Shown piece after piece: positions 20,407 to 29,011 of a stretch of DNA of 64,000 nucleotides; the first letter of the stretch is position 1, and the number at the start of each line of letters is the position of its first letter. A model generated the notes under the pieces. The model saw nothing but the letters and a program-made list of their open reading frames with translations, did no database searches and was not told where the DNA came from. Both the position numbers and the translations under genes were made by a program. The stretch is from an uncultured delta proteobacterium (GTDB lineage Bacteria; Desulfobacterota; Desulfobacteria; Desulfobacterales; UBA2156), in contig CAVTQK010000015.1 of assembly GCA_963736855.1 (NCBI GenBank), forward strand, positions 608,001-672,000, read 5' to 3'.

Positions 20407-21918
20407 TCATCTCCCTCTTCCCAAAAGCATAACCATCAAGGTATTCAGAAAAATATTGGCATCCAGCGCCAGAGACCAGGTGTCGATATAAAATAAATCC
20501 AGCCGCATCCATTCATCAAAGCTCATATCATGTTTTTTTTGGCCGATTTGCCACAGACAGGTCATCCCCGGTTTCATGGAAAGGCGACGTCGTTGCCATA
20601 TTTCATATCTCTCCACCTCAGACGGTATGGGAGGTCTTGGACCAATAAGACTCATTTCTCCCTTTAAAACATTAATCAGCTGAGGCAACTCATCGATGAA
20701 AGTCCTTCTTAAAAAAGTTCCCACATAAGGAACAATGCGCGGGTCCTTTTTCATCTTGAAAACCGGCCCCTCGGCTTCATTGAGAGCATCAAGGTCTTTT
20801 TGCATTTTATCCGCACCCTCAATCATGGTCCTGAATTTATAGACGTCAAAGATCCGTCCATTCCGACCACAGCGGCGTTGTTTATAAAAAACCGGTCCAC
20901 GAGATGAAATTTTAATGGCAATCGCAATCAGTAAAAACAAAGGAAAAAGAAAAATGAGAATTACTGCCGCAAAAACATAATCGATGCCGCTTTTGATCAG
21001 GAGTGCTTCCCGGCTTGGCGGTACGGCACTCAAGATAATCGTGGCAAGACCGGAGAAGACTTCAAATTCGATGAATGAAATGGCAGGATTATAAATGAGA
21101 TCCTTGATCTGCCAGTCCGGAATGATTCGTACAGGAATCCCGACTTTTCCGGCAAAGGCGATGTGTTGCTCTATCTTTCTTATGAGGTGAAGCGGCATGG
21201 CGATAAAAATTTCGTCTATGGGGTTTTCAAGAACGATATTCTGAAAAGAATCCAGAGTGGCCAGGACTTTATAGCCATTAATTACTGTTTTGCCGATCGC
21301 TTCATCATCTACGTCGATGCAACCGAAAATCTTGTATTTCGGCATTGCCTTCTTAACGACAGGAAGGTGAGAGCAGGTCGCATCCGTCTGCCTTTTGTTG
21401 TCCCTTTCTCCCTCTATTGCACAAATGACATCTTTTGCCCTTTCCCTGCTTCCGACAATTAAAATATTATGCAAACGATACTGAGTCTTTGGGGGATTGG
21501 TTAATTTTCTATATATGATATATTTACTGACCGTAAGAAAACCAAAATTCAAAAAGAAAAAAATACCCATTAGTATTCGGCTTATGTCCTTAATGCCTAT
21601 TAAAAACACAATCAATATCAATATTAAATTGCTTGTTGAAATCGCCTTCAGGATATTAAAGAAGATGGTTGAAAATGACTGTTTGAGATAGGAACTATAT
21701 AAGCCGAAAGCTTCAAAAAGGATGTACCAAATGATAATTATCAGCAAGAGAACGATATAATAATTCGGAGATTCGGCCAGACCTTGAAACGGTCCGGGAA
21801 GGAAATATTTTTTAATAAAATATGCCCATATAAAAGCGGCTATGGTCAAAAAAAGGTCAAGAATGCCGTGGAGTCTTAAAGATAATGTATTTCTTCTGAT
21901 ATCATCCATATGATTCAA
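20407..21918 (-). CDS. Priming polyprenyl glycosylphosphotransferase (WcaJ/CpsE-like)
   Basis: N-terminal TMs, CoA-binding-like region, FYKQRRCGRNG..FDVYKFRTM, DELPQLINVLKGEMSLIGPRP. Confidence 0.92.
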   Translation of the reverse strand: MNHMDDIRRNTLSLRLHGILDLFLTIAAFIWAYFIKKYFLPGPFQGLAESPNYYIVLLLIIIIWYILFEAFGLYSSYLKQSFSTIFFNILKAISTSNLILILIVFLIGIKDISRILMGIFFFLNFGFLTVSKYIIYRKLTNPPKTQYRLHNILIVGSRERAKDVICAIEGERDNKRQTDATCSHLPVVKKAMPKYKIFGCIDVDDEAIGKTVINGYKVLATLDSFQNIVLENPIDEIFIAMPLHLIRKIEQHIAFAGKVGIPVRIIPDWQIKDLIYNPAISFIEFEVFSGLATIILSAVPPSREALLIKSGIDYVFAAVILIFLFPLFLLIAIAIKISSRGPVFYKQRRCGRNGRIFDVYKFRTMIEGADKMQKDLDALNEAEGPVFKMKKDPRIVPYVGTFLRRTFIDELPQLINVLKGEMSLIGPRPPIPSEVERYEIWQRRRLSMKPGMTCLWQIGQKKHDMSFDEWMRLDLFYIDTWSLALDANIFLNTLMVMLLGRGR

Positions 21919-22014
21919 TATCCTGTCGACAACTCACTTTACAGTTTTTGGTTAATAGAGTGATATCGCCACATTTTTTGAGATGGAAAAGTCTGCAAAA
22001 AGGATGCAAAAGAT

Positions 22015-22090
22015 TGGTCTGTCCGGCCCCGTCAAAATGGGCTTTGCCCTTCGCTGCGCGAATTTCACGGGGTAAATCTGTTTGTTCGGG
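22015..22090. repeat. Cassette boundary P1: 9-mer GGTCT(A/G)TYY repeats with an inserted palindromic element
   Basis: GGTCTGTCCGG|CCCCGTCAAAATGGGCTTTGCCCTTCGCTGCGCGAATTTCACGGGGTAAA|TCTGTTTG; related copies at 22846, 24169, 24931. Confidence 0.85.
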
Positions 22091-22179
22091 AGGATTGGAG
22101 AGAGAGAAAGAGTCATAAAAGACGCGGAAGAAGAGCACGTGATCCGAGTATCTAAACACAAAATGGGTGGGAATAGGGG

Positions 22180-22494
22180 TCAATCGATTCCATAAGCGGC
22201 ATCATGCGGTCCAAGCAGTACAAACTTGACGGTTGCGCCGGGTGTTTCCCGACAATCTGAACATCGGATGGCCACATCGTCCCCTTTTTTTCGGCAGGTT
22301 TCGCAAAACAGGTAAATGATGATGAAATTCCGTTTTACCGGGCAGGAATAAAAACCTTGCCAGTTCCCCTTTAACGGTTCCCCCATGGCGATGGGGTTCT
22401 GAAGAATCATGTCGACTTTGTTTTTAACGAGTTTCTTGATGGACGAGTATTTCTTTACCGATTTCAGGAAGGCGGCTTCAAATCGGGCTTCCAT
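22180..22494 (-). CDS. RelE/ParE-like toxin with two CxxC motifs
   Basis: FEAAFLKSVKKY...ILQNPIAMGEPLKGNWQGFYSCPV...IIY; directly downstream of an RHH-like antitoxin. Confidence 0.7.
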   Translation of the reverse strand: MEARFEAAFLKSVKKYSSIKKLVKNKVDMILQNPIAMGEPLKGNWQGFYSCPVKRNFIIIYLFCETCRKKGDDVAIRCSDCRETPGATVKFVLLGPHDAAYGID

Positions 22495-22751
22495 CAGTCG
22501 CCGAAGACCTCTTCATAGGAGTGCCATACAGCCGTTCCTTTTTGAAGTCGGACCAAAACGTCTTTCATCGCCGCATGGAAGACAGGATCGCTTAGAATGA
22601 CCTCCGTGTCTCTTCCTTCCGCTTTTCGTTTCAAGGTGAGCATGTATTGAGTCACGACATCGGCCACAGTGGTTCGGTTTTCAGCGGCGAACACCTTGAT
22701 GAAATCGGCAAGATCCTGATCGAGGCTGATGTTTATGCGTGTTTTTGGCAT
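22494..22751 (-). CDS. Ribbon-helix-helix antitoxin-like protein
   Basis: MPKTRINISLDQDLADFIK; C-terminal SYEEVFG; GGAGG RBS. Confidence 0.7.
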   Translation of the reverse strand: MPKTRINISLDQDLADFIKVFAAENRTTVADVVTQYMLTLKRKAEGRDTEVILSDPVFHAAMKDVLVRLQKGTAVWHSYEEVFGD

Positions 22752-22777
22752 AACGAACCTCCTTTCTGTATGTTCCC

Positions 22778-22806
22778 ATCATACACACGAAAGGAATCAA
22801 TGTCAA
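22778..22806 (-). promoter_or_regulatory. Sigma70-type promoter of the RHH-RelE pair
   Basis: Minus strand TTGACA (22806-22801), 17-nt spacer, TATGAT (22783-22778). Confidence 0.6.
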
Positions 22807-22845
22807 TCAACTCTTTGATCCCGATATAATAAATATGAATCTGCA

Positions 22846-22908
22846 TTGGTCTATTTGGTCTACCTGCCCCGGTGAAATGGGCTTTGCCCTTCGCTATGCG
22901 AATTTCAC
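22846..22908. repeat. Cassette boundary P2 (right-truncated)
   Basis: TTGGTCTATTTGGTCTACCTG|CCCCGGTGAAATGGGCTTTGCCCTTCGCTATGCGAATTTCAC. Confidence 0.85.
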
Positions 22909-22917
22909 TATGTGACT

Positions 22918-24102
22918 CTATTTGGCCGGGAGGGTTGAGATAAATCCATGAATCATAATGTTTTGTATAGAAATGTCATCAAGTTGATACCTTTCTTCGC
23001 CGTCATATAGGACATATCCGTTCCGGCATCTGTCTTTGGTGAGATTCCTGAAATGACCGATTCCTTTTAAAAAATCTTTTGTAAAGGTGGATCCCGATTT
23101 GATTTCAATAGGTATGAGTTGTCTTTGCTTTTTGATTAACAGATCCACTTCGTTTCCATGGGTGTCGCGATAAAAAAACAATTGGGGACGTATTCCAAGA
23201 TTGTATTGGGATTTTAAAATTTCAAGTATCACGAAGTTTTCATACAACCCTCCCCGGAGAGGATCCCGTTTGGCCTGGTTTGAAGTTTCAATCCCCAGCA
23301 GATGAGAAACCAGGCCGGTGTCAGTAAAATAGATTTTTGGAGATTTGACCACCCGCTTGTTGATATTTTCAAAAAACGGCTGCAATTCAAATATGACAAA
23401 TGAGGCTTGTAACACACTGATCCAGTTTTTGATGGAAGTGCCGGAAAGGCCGATATCATTGCCAAGGGATGTGTAGTTGACAATCTGGCCGATGCGTCCT
23501 GCCAGCAGGCCAAGGAATTGTTGAAACAGATTCAGGTTTTTGACATTGATAAGCGTTCTTACATCCCGTTCCACATAGGTTTGAACATATCCATTGTAGA
23601 AGCGGCCGGGGCTGAGGCCTTTATGATGCAGGCGAGGGAAGGACCCTTTGACTATGATCTCAAATGCATCCCATTTTTTTTTATAACTGAAAAGTTCCGA
23701 CAGGGAAAAAGGGAGCAGGGTCAGCAGGGCTGTCCTTCCTGCCAGGGTCTGGCTGATTGCCTGATGGACATCTGGCTGATGGCTGCCGGTAAGAATGAAC
23801 ATACCGGGTTTTTGTTTTTCATCGACAATCCCCTGGATATAGGACAACAATACGGGCAGGCGTTGTATTTCATCAAGTATTGCGCCGTGAGGGATATTTT
23901 TCAGGAATCCCCGGGGATCGGTTTCCGCAGCCATACGTACGTCCGGATTTTCCATGGAGTAGTATGGTTTATCAGGAAATGTCATTCTGACCAGAGTGGT
24001 TTTTCCGGATTGCCGTGGCCCAAAAACAGTGACAATCGGATATTCTGCTGCGGACTCAGTCAGTTCTTTTGTTATCTCGCGAATGATCATGGACGGGATC
24101 AT
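22918..24102 (-). CDS. AAA_14 ATPase with DUF4143 (PD-(D/E)xK-like C-terminus)
   Basis: GPRQSGKTT, LDEIQR, ILTGS, KSPKIYFTDTG, EVDLLI...PIEIKS. Confidence 0.9.
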   Translation of the reverse strand: MIPSMIIREITKELTESAAEYPIVTVFGPRQSGKTTLVRMTFPDKPYYSMENPDVRMAAETDPRGFLKNIPHGAILDEIQRLPVLLSYIQGIVDEKQKPGMFILTGSHQPDVHQAISQTLAGRTALLTLLPFSLSELFSYKKKWDAFEIIVKGSFPRLHHKGLSPGRFYNGYVQTYVERDVRTLINVKNLNLFQQFLGLLAGRIGQIVNYTSLGNDIGLSGTSIKNWISVLQASFVIFELQPFFENINKRVVKSPKIYFTDTGLVSHLLGIETSNQAKRDPLRGGLYENFVILEILKSQYNLGIRPQLFFYRDTHGNEVDLLIKKQRQLIPIEIKSGSTFTKDFLKGIGHFRNLTKDRCRNGYVLYDGEERYQLDDISIQNIMIHGFISTLPAK

Positions 24103-24168
24103 ATCTTTATTTGTGAAAAAATCAAGTTGTATTTTATATTTTCACAAAAATCAGGAGTGGGATGGAGA

Positions 24169-24275
24169 GGTCTATCTGGTCTATCCGGCCCCGGTGAAAT
24201 GGGCTTTGCCCTTCGCTGAGCGAATTTCAAGGGGTGAATCTGTTTGGTCGGCGGATGGTCTGTCGGTTTCCCCAG
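24169..24275. repeat. Cassette boundary P3
   Basis: GGTCTATCTGGTCTATCCGG|CCCCGGTGAAAT...ATTTCAAGGGGTGAA|TCTGTTTGGTCGGCGGATGGTCTGTCGGTTTCCCCAG. Confidence 0.85.
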
Positions 24276-24623
24276 CTATATTCTCAGGTGTTGTTCATCT
24301 AACCCTAAGGCGGCGCCGATTTTTATCAGGGTCGCGATATGCAGCCGGGCACGAGGACGCTCGTATTTAACAACAGCCGCCTGAGAAACGCCCAATCGTG
24401 AAGCTAATTCCTTTTGGGTGATACCGAGATATTCCCGCCACGCCCGGATCATTGAATCATTCCGGAGAACGTGTGCTTCAACAACTTCCTGAGGAATGCC
24501 TGCGGCACGCGCTTTTTCAGCATCCAGAAGGGGCTTGATTCGGCACCATTCATCCCATGGGATCAGAACATATGCAGGTTTTCCGCAATATTCGATTTTT
24601 TGGTATTCAATAGGTGTGCTCAT
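24276..24623 (-). CDS. XRE-family HTH antitoxin (HigA-like)
   Basis: IRAWREYLGITQKELASRLGVSQAAVVKYE; downstream of a RelE-like toxin. Confidence 0.85.
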   Translation of the reverse strand: MSTPIEYQKIEYCGKPAYVLIPWDEWCRIKPLLDAEKARAAGIPQEVVEAHVLRNDSMIRAWREYLGITQKELASRLGVSQAAVVKYERPRARLHIATLIKIGAALGLDEQHLRI

Positions 24624-24861
24624 TACGCTTTCTTACCTCCTCGATACTGACAATGTTGACTTCCTCAAAAACGTTGAACAGAACCCGCCAATTACCGACT
24701 CTAAGGCGATAACCATATTCATGGATCACCAACCTTTTCATGTTGGGTCCATCAGGGAAGGCAGACAATCCCCGAGTCGCATCAAGAATCCGTTCTTGAA
24801 TCGTACGATCACCAATCTTTGTTAATTGTTTTAACGCCTTGGGTTGCCATATAACTTTCAT
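24607..24861 (-). CDS. RelE/ParE family toxin (HigB-like order)
   Basis: VIWQPKALKQL...YRLRVGNWRVLF...EEVRKRNEHTY. Confidence 0.88.
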   Translation of the reverse strand: MKVIWQPKALKQLTKIGDRTIQERILDATRGLSAFPDGPNMKRLVIHEYGYRLRVGNWRVLFNVFEEVNIVSIEEVRKRNEHTY

Positions 24862-24870
24862 TTCACAGCT

Positions 24871-24914
24871 ATTTTAACTTAATATAACCTTTTGTCAATA
24901 TGAAAGGTTATATT
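24871..24914 (-). promoter_or_regulatory. Promoter with overlapping 12-bp inverted-repeat operator
   Basis: AATATAACCTTT (24881-24892) / AAAGGTTATATT (24903-24914) enclose minus-strand TTGACA; TAAAAT at 24876-24871. Confidence 0.7.
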
Positions 24915-24930
24915 TGATCAATTCGACTCT

Positions 24931-25010
24931 GGCGAAATGGGCTTTGCCTTTCGCTGCGCGAATTTCACGGGTAAATCTGTCTGGTATGGATGGTCTGTCG
25001 GTTTCCCCAG
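24931..25010. repeat. Cassette boundary P4
   Basis: GGCGAAATGGGCTTTGCCTTTCGCTGCGCGAATTTCACGGGTAAATCTGTCTGGTATGGATGGTCTGTCGGTTTCCCCAG. Confidence 0.8.
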
Positions 25011-25055
25011 CTAGATTTTCAAGCCATGGGATCAGAACATATGCAGGTTTTCCGC

Positions 25056-25119
25056 TTGACAAGCTTTTAATCAAATGTATACTATATGTACAAAATAAAC
25101 AATTTGATTATCATGTACA
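25056..25119 (+). promoter_or_regulatory. Promoter and TGTACA operator sites of the Phd/YefM operon
   Basis: TTGACA at 25056, TATACT at 25078, TGTACA at 25087 and 25114 (same core hexamer as the E. coli yefM-yoeB operator). Confidence 0.6.
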
Positions 25120-25134
25120 AAAGGAGATCACTGA

Positions 25135-25386
25135 ATGATAAATAAAGTAACAACGGCTGACGTAAGAAAAAATTTATCTCATATTATCAATAAGGTGGCA
25201 TATGGAAAAGAATCCTTTGTGCTGACCCGAAGAGGCCAAGCGGTCGCTGCGCTCGTCTCCATCGATGATCTGAAACTCATTGGGGACATTGAAGAGCTTC
25301 TAGATATCGAAGATGCTTGGAAAGCCCGAAATGAAACGGGTGAAAACATCCCTTGGGAAACGCTAAGAGCGGAGCTTAACCTTTGA
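25135..25386 (+). CDS. Phd/YefM family antitoxin
   Basis: VTTADVRKNLSHIINKV...FVLTRRGQAVAALVS. Confidence 0.88.
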   Translation: MINKVTTADVRKNLSHIINKVAYGKESFVLTRRGQAVAALVSIDDLKLIGDIEELLDIEDAWKARNETGENIPWETLRAELNL

Positions 25387-25571
25387 AATACAGGGTTGAA
25401 TTTAAACAATCAGCAGCAAACGCCTTAAAAAAGCTGCCAAAATCAGAAAAGAAGCGTATTGGGGAAAAAATAGACTCGCTATCAGAAGCACTTCCGGACA
25501 GCAGATTGACAAAAATGAAAGGGGAAAACCCCTCGGTTTTAATCCAAATAAACCCGGCTGATTATGATTGA
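25383..25571 (+). pseudogene. RelE-family toxin, C-terminally truncated
   Basis: YRVEFKQSAANALKKLPK...KMKG then diverges; lacks the YRLRVG segment. Confidence 0.7.
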
Positions 25572-25604
25572 CAATCGATTTTAGATGGCTTAATAACCAT
25601 TTTC

Positions 25605-26951
25605 ATGCTGGATAAAGAAGTTGAAAACAGACTTTTTTTGCTGAATCCTTGGTTGACTCACCCTAAAGAGGCAGAGAAGATCTCATCGCGCTTTTTACCG
25701 CCGGTATATGTAAAACGACAAATCGAAAACCTGCCAATGAGCCCAAATAGGGCTATCCTGATCATCGGCCCAAGGCAATCCGGAAAATCAACCCTTGTGT
25801 GGCACCAGCTTCTTCCATTGTTACCGGGCGTTCTTTTTATTAACATGGAAGATCCTCAGCTTCGCTTAGGTTGTCAAAATGCAATTGAATTGGCCGCATA
25901 CATCAGGGCAAATCTTCCATCTCTTAAATCCGTATTTATTGATGAGATACAGCACCTGGATGAAGGAGCGCTTTTTGTTAAAGGACTGGTTGACAGCCGA
26001 TTGGACTTGCCGATCTGGGTGACCGGATCAGCTTCATTCCACTTGCGAAGCCGCACTCGGGAGTCCCTTGCCGGGAGGGCAACTCGCCGGTTATTACTAC
26101 CCTTTAGCCATTCAGAATTATTGACCTATCAAAAGGAATCCGACGACCCCGCTGCCTTGAGGCAATATAGCCGAAAAATTATGCAGCATCAGTTGATCTT
26201 TGGCAGCTATCCTGCGGTATATATTGCTCAGAGTGATACTGAAAAACGATTCCTGTTAAGTGATTTGGTTGAATCCCTTATCCTCAGAGATGCCTCAGAT
26301 ATCTTCAGAATCAGGCGGGTGGACGCATTTCGGAAATTGCTCTCTTTACTGGCAGGTCAGATTGGCCAATTAATTAATTTATCGGAACTGGCATCGATCT
26401 GCAACGTGGATGTGGGAACGGTGAGTTCCTATATTGAGATCCTGGATGAAAGTCACATCATAAAAAAGATCAATCCGTTTGCTGCGGGGAAACGTCGTGA
26501 AATCACGACAAATCCAAAAGTCTATTTTATGGATAATGGAATTCGCAACCAACTGCTGCAAAATTTTGAAAAAGCCTGGGAAGTCAGAGTTGATAAAGGT
26601 CAGCTATTTGAAAATTGGGCTTTTTCAGAAATATTAAAGCGATTGCCATTTCAGAGCGATCTCAAGTTTTGGAGGAGCAAATCCGGGGCAGAAGTTGATG
26701 CAGTAATTGAGCATTCCGGGAAAATTTTTATTTTAGAAATCAAGGCATCGCAATTAAAAATACCCGCTATTTCGAGATCGCTACGAAGTTTTATTGATGC
26801 TTATCAACCGAAAAATGTTGCCGTCCTTAATTTTGGGCTTGAAACGACCAAGGACATCGGAAAAGCACGGATTCATTTCTTAACGCCTGTTTCTTTCCCT
26901 TTCTGGATAGAGGGCATCTTTTCAAGTATTTTTTCATCTTCCAGTGCCTAA
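25605..26951 (+). CDS. AAA_14 ATPase with DUF4143
   Basis: GPRQSGKST, FIDEIQ, VTGS, PKVYFMDNG, EVDAVI...LEIK. Confidence 0.9.
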   Translation: MLDKEVENRLFLLNPWLTHPKEAEKISSRFLPPVYVKRQIENLPMSPNRAILIIGPRQSGKSTLVWHQLLPLLPGVLFINMEDPQLRLGCQNAIELAAYIRANLPSLKSVFIDEIQHLDEGALFVKGLVDSRLDLPIWVTGSASFHLRSRTRESLAGRATRRLLLPFSHSELLTYQKESDDPAALRQYSRKIMQHQLIFGSYPAVYIAQSDTEKRFLLSDLVESLILRDASDIFRIRRVDAFRKLLSLLAGQIGQLINLSELASICNVDVGTVSSYIEILDESHIIKKINPFAAGKRREITTNPKVYFMDNGIRNQLLQNFEKAWEVRVDKGQLFENWAFSEILKRLPFQSDLKFWRSKSGAEVDAVIEHSGKIFILEIKASQLKIPAISRSLRSFIDAYQPKNVAVLNFGLETTKDIGKARIHFLTPVSFPFWIEGIFSSIFSSSSA

Positions 26952-27395
26952 AATCATCACTTTAAGTGTGTTTAAAAGAATCTTTGCATCCAACTTCGGC
27001 GACCAGTTATCAATGTAAAAAAGATCCAGCTTAATCCACTCATCAAAACTTATATTATGCCTGTTGGGACTTGTTTGCCACAGGCAGGTCATCCCCGGTT
27101 TCATGGAAAGGCGCCTCTGTTTCCATATTTCTTATTTTTCCACCTCAGATGGTATGGGAGGCCTTGGACCGATGAAACTCATTTCGCCTTTTAACATATT
27201 AACAAGCTGAGGAATTTCATCGATAAAAGTTCTCCTTAAAAAGGTTCCGACATAAGGGACGATTGCGAGGGTCTTTTTTATCTTGAAGACCGGTCCCTTA
27301 GTCTCATTGAGCGATTCCAATTCCGTTTGTTGTTTATCGGTATCGGCAACCATAGTGCGGAATTTATATACATCGAATATGCGGCCGTTTAACCC
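26934..27395 (-). pseudogene. 3' remnant of a second WcaJ-like sugar transferase with in-frame stop
   Basis: GLNGRIFDVYKFRTM...EVEK*EIWKQRRLSMKPGMTCLWQ...GTGR; paralogous to the 3' end of 20407-21918; 5' two-thirds absent. Confidence 0.85.
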
Positions 27396-27508
27396 GAAAT
27401 TCTGGAAATTTGAGATCCATCCCTCTAATCCATAAACTTACTGATTTGAGCCGTTTGATCATAGACTTCCGAAAAAACCACCAACTCCCCAGATTAGGGC
27501 CAATTTCA

Positions 27509-28264
27509 TTATCTGACCTCCTTCAATATCAAAGGTATCAGTGCTAATCCTTTCAAGTATCTTGGGACGAACCGTCTTGGATCATGAATACATCGTAACA
27601 GCCATCCCAAATGGAAGGCATCGAAAATAGAAGGTATGGACGCCTGCTTTCCAGTTAGGAAAGCAATGGCGGCTCCTGTGCAGATGATTCCGGTTTTAAA
27701 AGAAAGATTGCTTTTCAGGTAAAATCCAAGCTTTTCCTGGATACCACCACCTAGGTTGATGAGTACATATTTGGGTTTTCTCTTTTCCAGGGTCTCTAGC
27801 AGTTCAGTATCTTCAATATTTTTTGAAGAATAGATCGGCGCTACGTAGTGGTCGGAAAGACTGATTACTATTCCCATTGATTTCAAAAGGTTGTGATTCA
27901 ACATCATCTCTTTTTCTTCTGGGTCGACCAAAAAAAGGCATCTTTCCTTTCTCAATATCTCCTCTGCGAGAAAATGCCGCAGAAATGTGAGGCCGCTTAA
28001 TTTCCCTATCTTGATTCCCTTGAAATATTTTAAAAGCAGGATGAGGAAACCACTGTCTGGTATTGCGAAATCGCTTTTCATTAGTGCCAAATGGTGCTCT
28101 GCGTCTTTGGAAATGGCCGATAGGACAGGTGCTGATGGTACCACCATTAGTGCTCCATTGTCTAGGAGGTTTTTTACAGATGGGTAACCTTCTGTAAGAA
28201 ATCTTATGCGCAGTATATTACAAAATCGTAAACCATTAACCACGGTCGTTTCTTTGAGTGGCAT
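27509..28264 (-). CDS. WecB/TagA/CpsF family glycosyltransferase
   Basis: SDFAIPDSG, LSGL, INLGGGIQEK, GAAIAFLTG, WLLRCIHDPRRFVPRY. Confidence 0.8.
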   Translation of the reverse strand: MPLKETTVVNGLRFCNILRIRFLTEGYPSVKNLLDNGALMVVPSAPVLSAISKDAEHHLALMKSDFAIPDSGFLILLLKYFKGIKIGKLSGLTFLRHFLAEEILRKERCLFLVDPEEKEMMLNHNLLKSMGIVISLSDHYVAPIYSSKNIEDTELLETLEKRKPKYVLINLGGGIQEKLGFYLKSNLSFKTGIICTGAAIAFLTGKQASIPSIFDAFHLGWLLRCIHDPRRFVPRYLKGLALIPLILKEVR

Positions 28265-29011
28265 CGACTTCTCTTATACTCTCATTCTTTTTTTGTGAAT
28301 AAAAATCCCCTTGAATTGTCCGTCCATGTTTATCACAAACCAAATTGTTAACCCCGCTAAGATGGAAACCCCGATTGCTGAGCCAGATAGTGATGTCATG
28401 GGCCAAGGTTTGACCGGAATATAACTCCACAAAAGAGCATTCGGCATACACGTAAGAAAAACGTTCCAGAAGTTCCTCGCATCCCCGAAGCGCTTCCAGT
28501 TCGAAACCTTGAACGTCCAATTTGATGAGTGCTGGTTGAACGATTTCATCGGCTGTAATAAAATCAGACAATCGACCTATGCTGACCATTTCAGTGCGGA
28601 CCTCTCTCGTTTCCGGAGAGAGGTTCTTGTGCATGTTAGAAATTGGAAGGAGTGAGAAAGAATCGTCTGCTGCTGTGATATGAAGAGTTGCCATTCCCCT
28701 TTTCGGCCCGATGGCTGAAGTATAAAGAGTGACATTAGGTTCTAAATGAAATACCTTTCGGAAATCAGCCGCAGCATGGACAAGCGGTTCAAAACTGATA
28801 ATGCGGGCTGTTGACGCCCATTGGCGTACTGCTAGGGCAAATTGCCCGCGATTGGCACCGATATCCACCACCGTTTGAAAACAAGAAAAAAGATCGCTCG
28901 ATGCTCGGCGCCGGCAAGCACACGGTGAAAAACCAGCGCCCTCAGCAACCGAGGTGCTCGAATCACCTGGGTCAGCTTATCCAGCCGGGTGAGGAAAAGC
29001 TGGAAGTTCAT
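28236..29011 (-). CDS. FkbM family methyltransferase (apparent frameshifts)
   Basis: VDIGANRGQF, ISFEP, LIKLDVQGFELEAL; N-terminus MNFQLFL in another frame. Confidence 0.82.

Noticed and set aside
21902..22183. 93-aa ORF upstream of wcaJ
   Set aside because: It spans boundary repeat P1 and has no recognisable protein features.
22015..25010. Classical integron attC sites
   Set aside because: The palindromes lack recognisable RYYYAAC/GTTRRRY ends and no intI is in the window; an IntegronFinder run would confirm.
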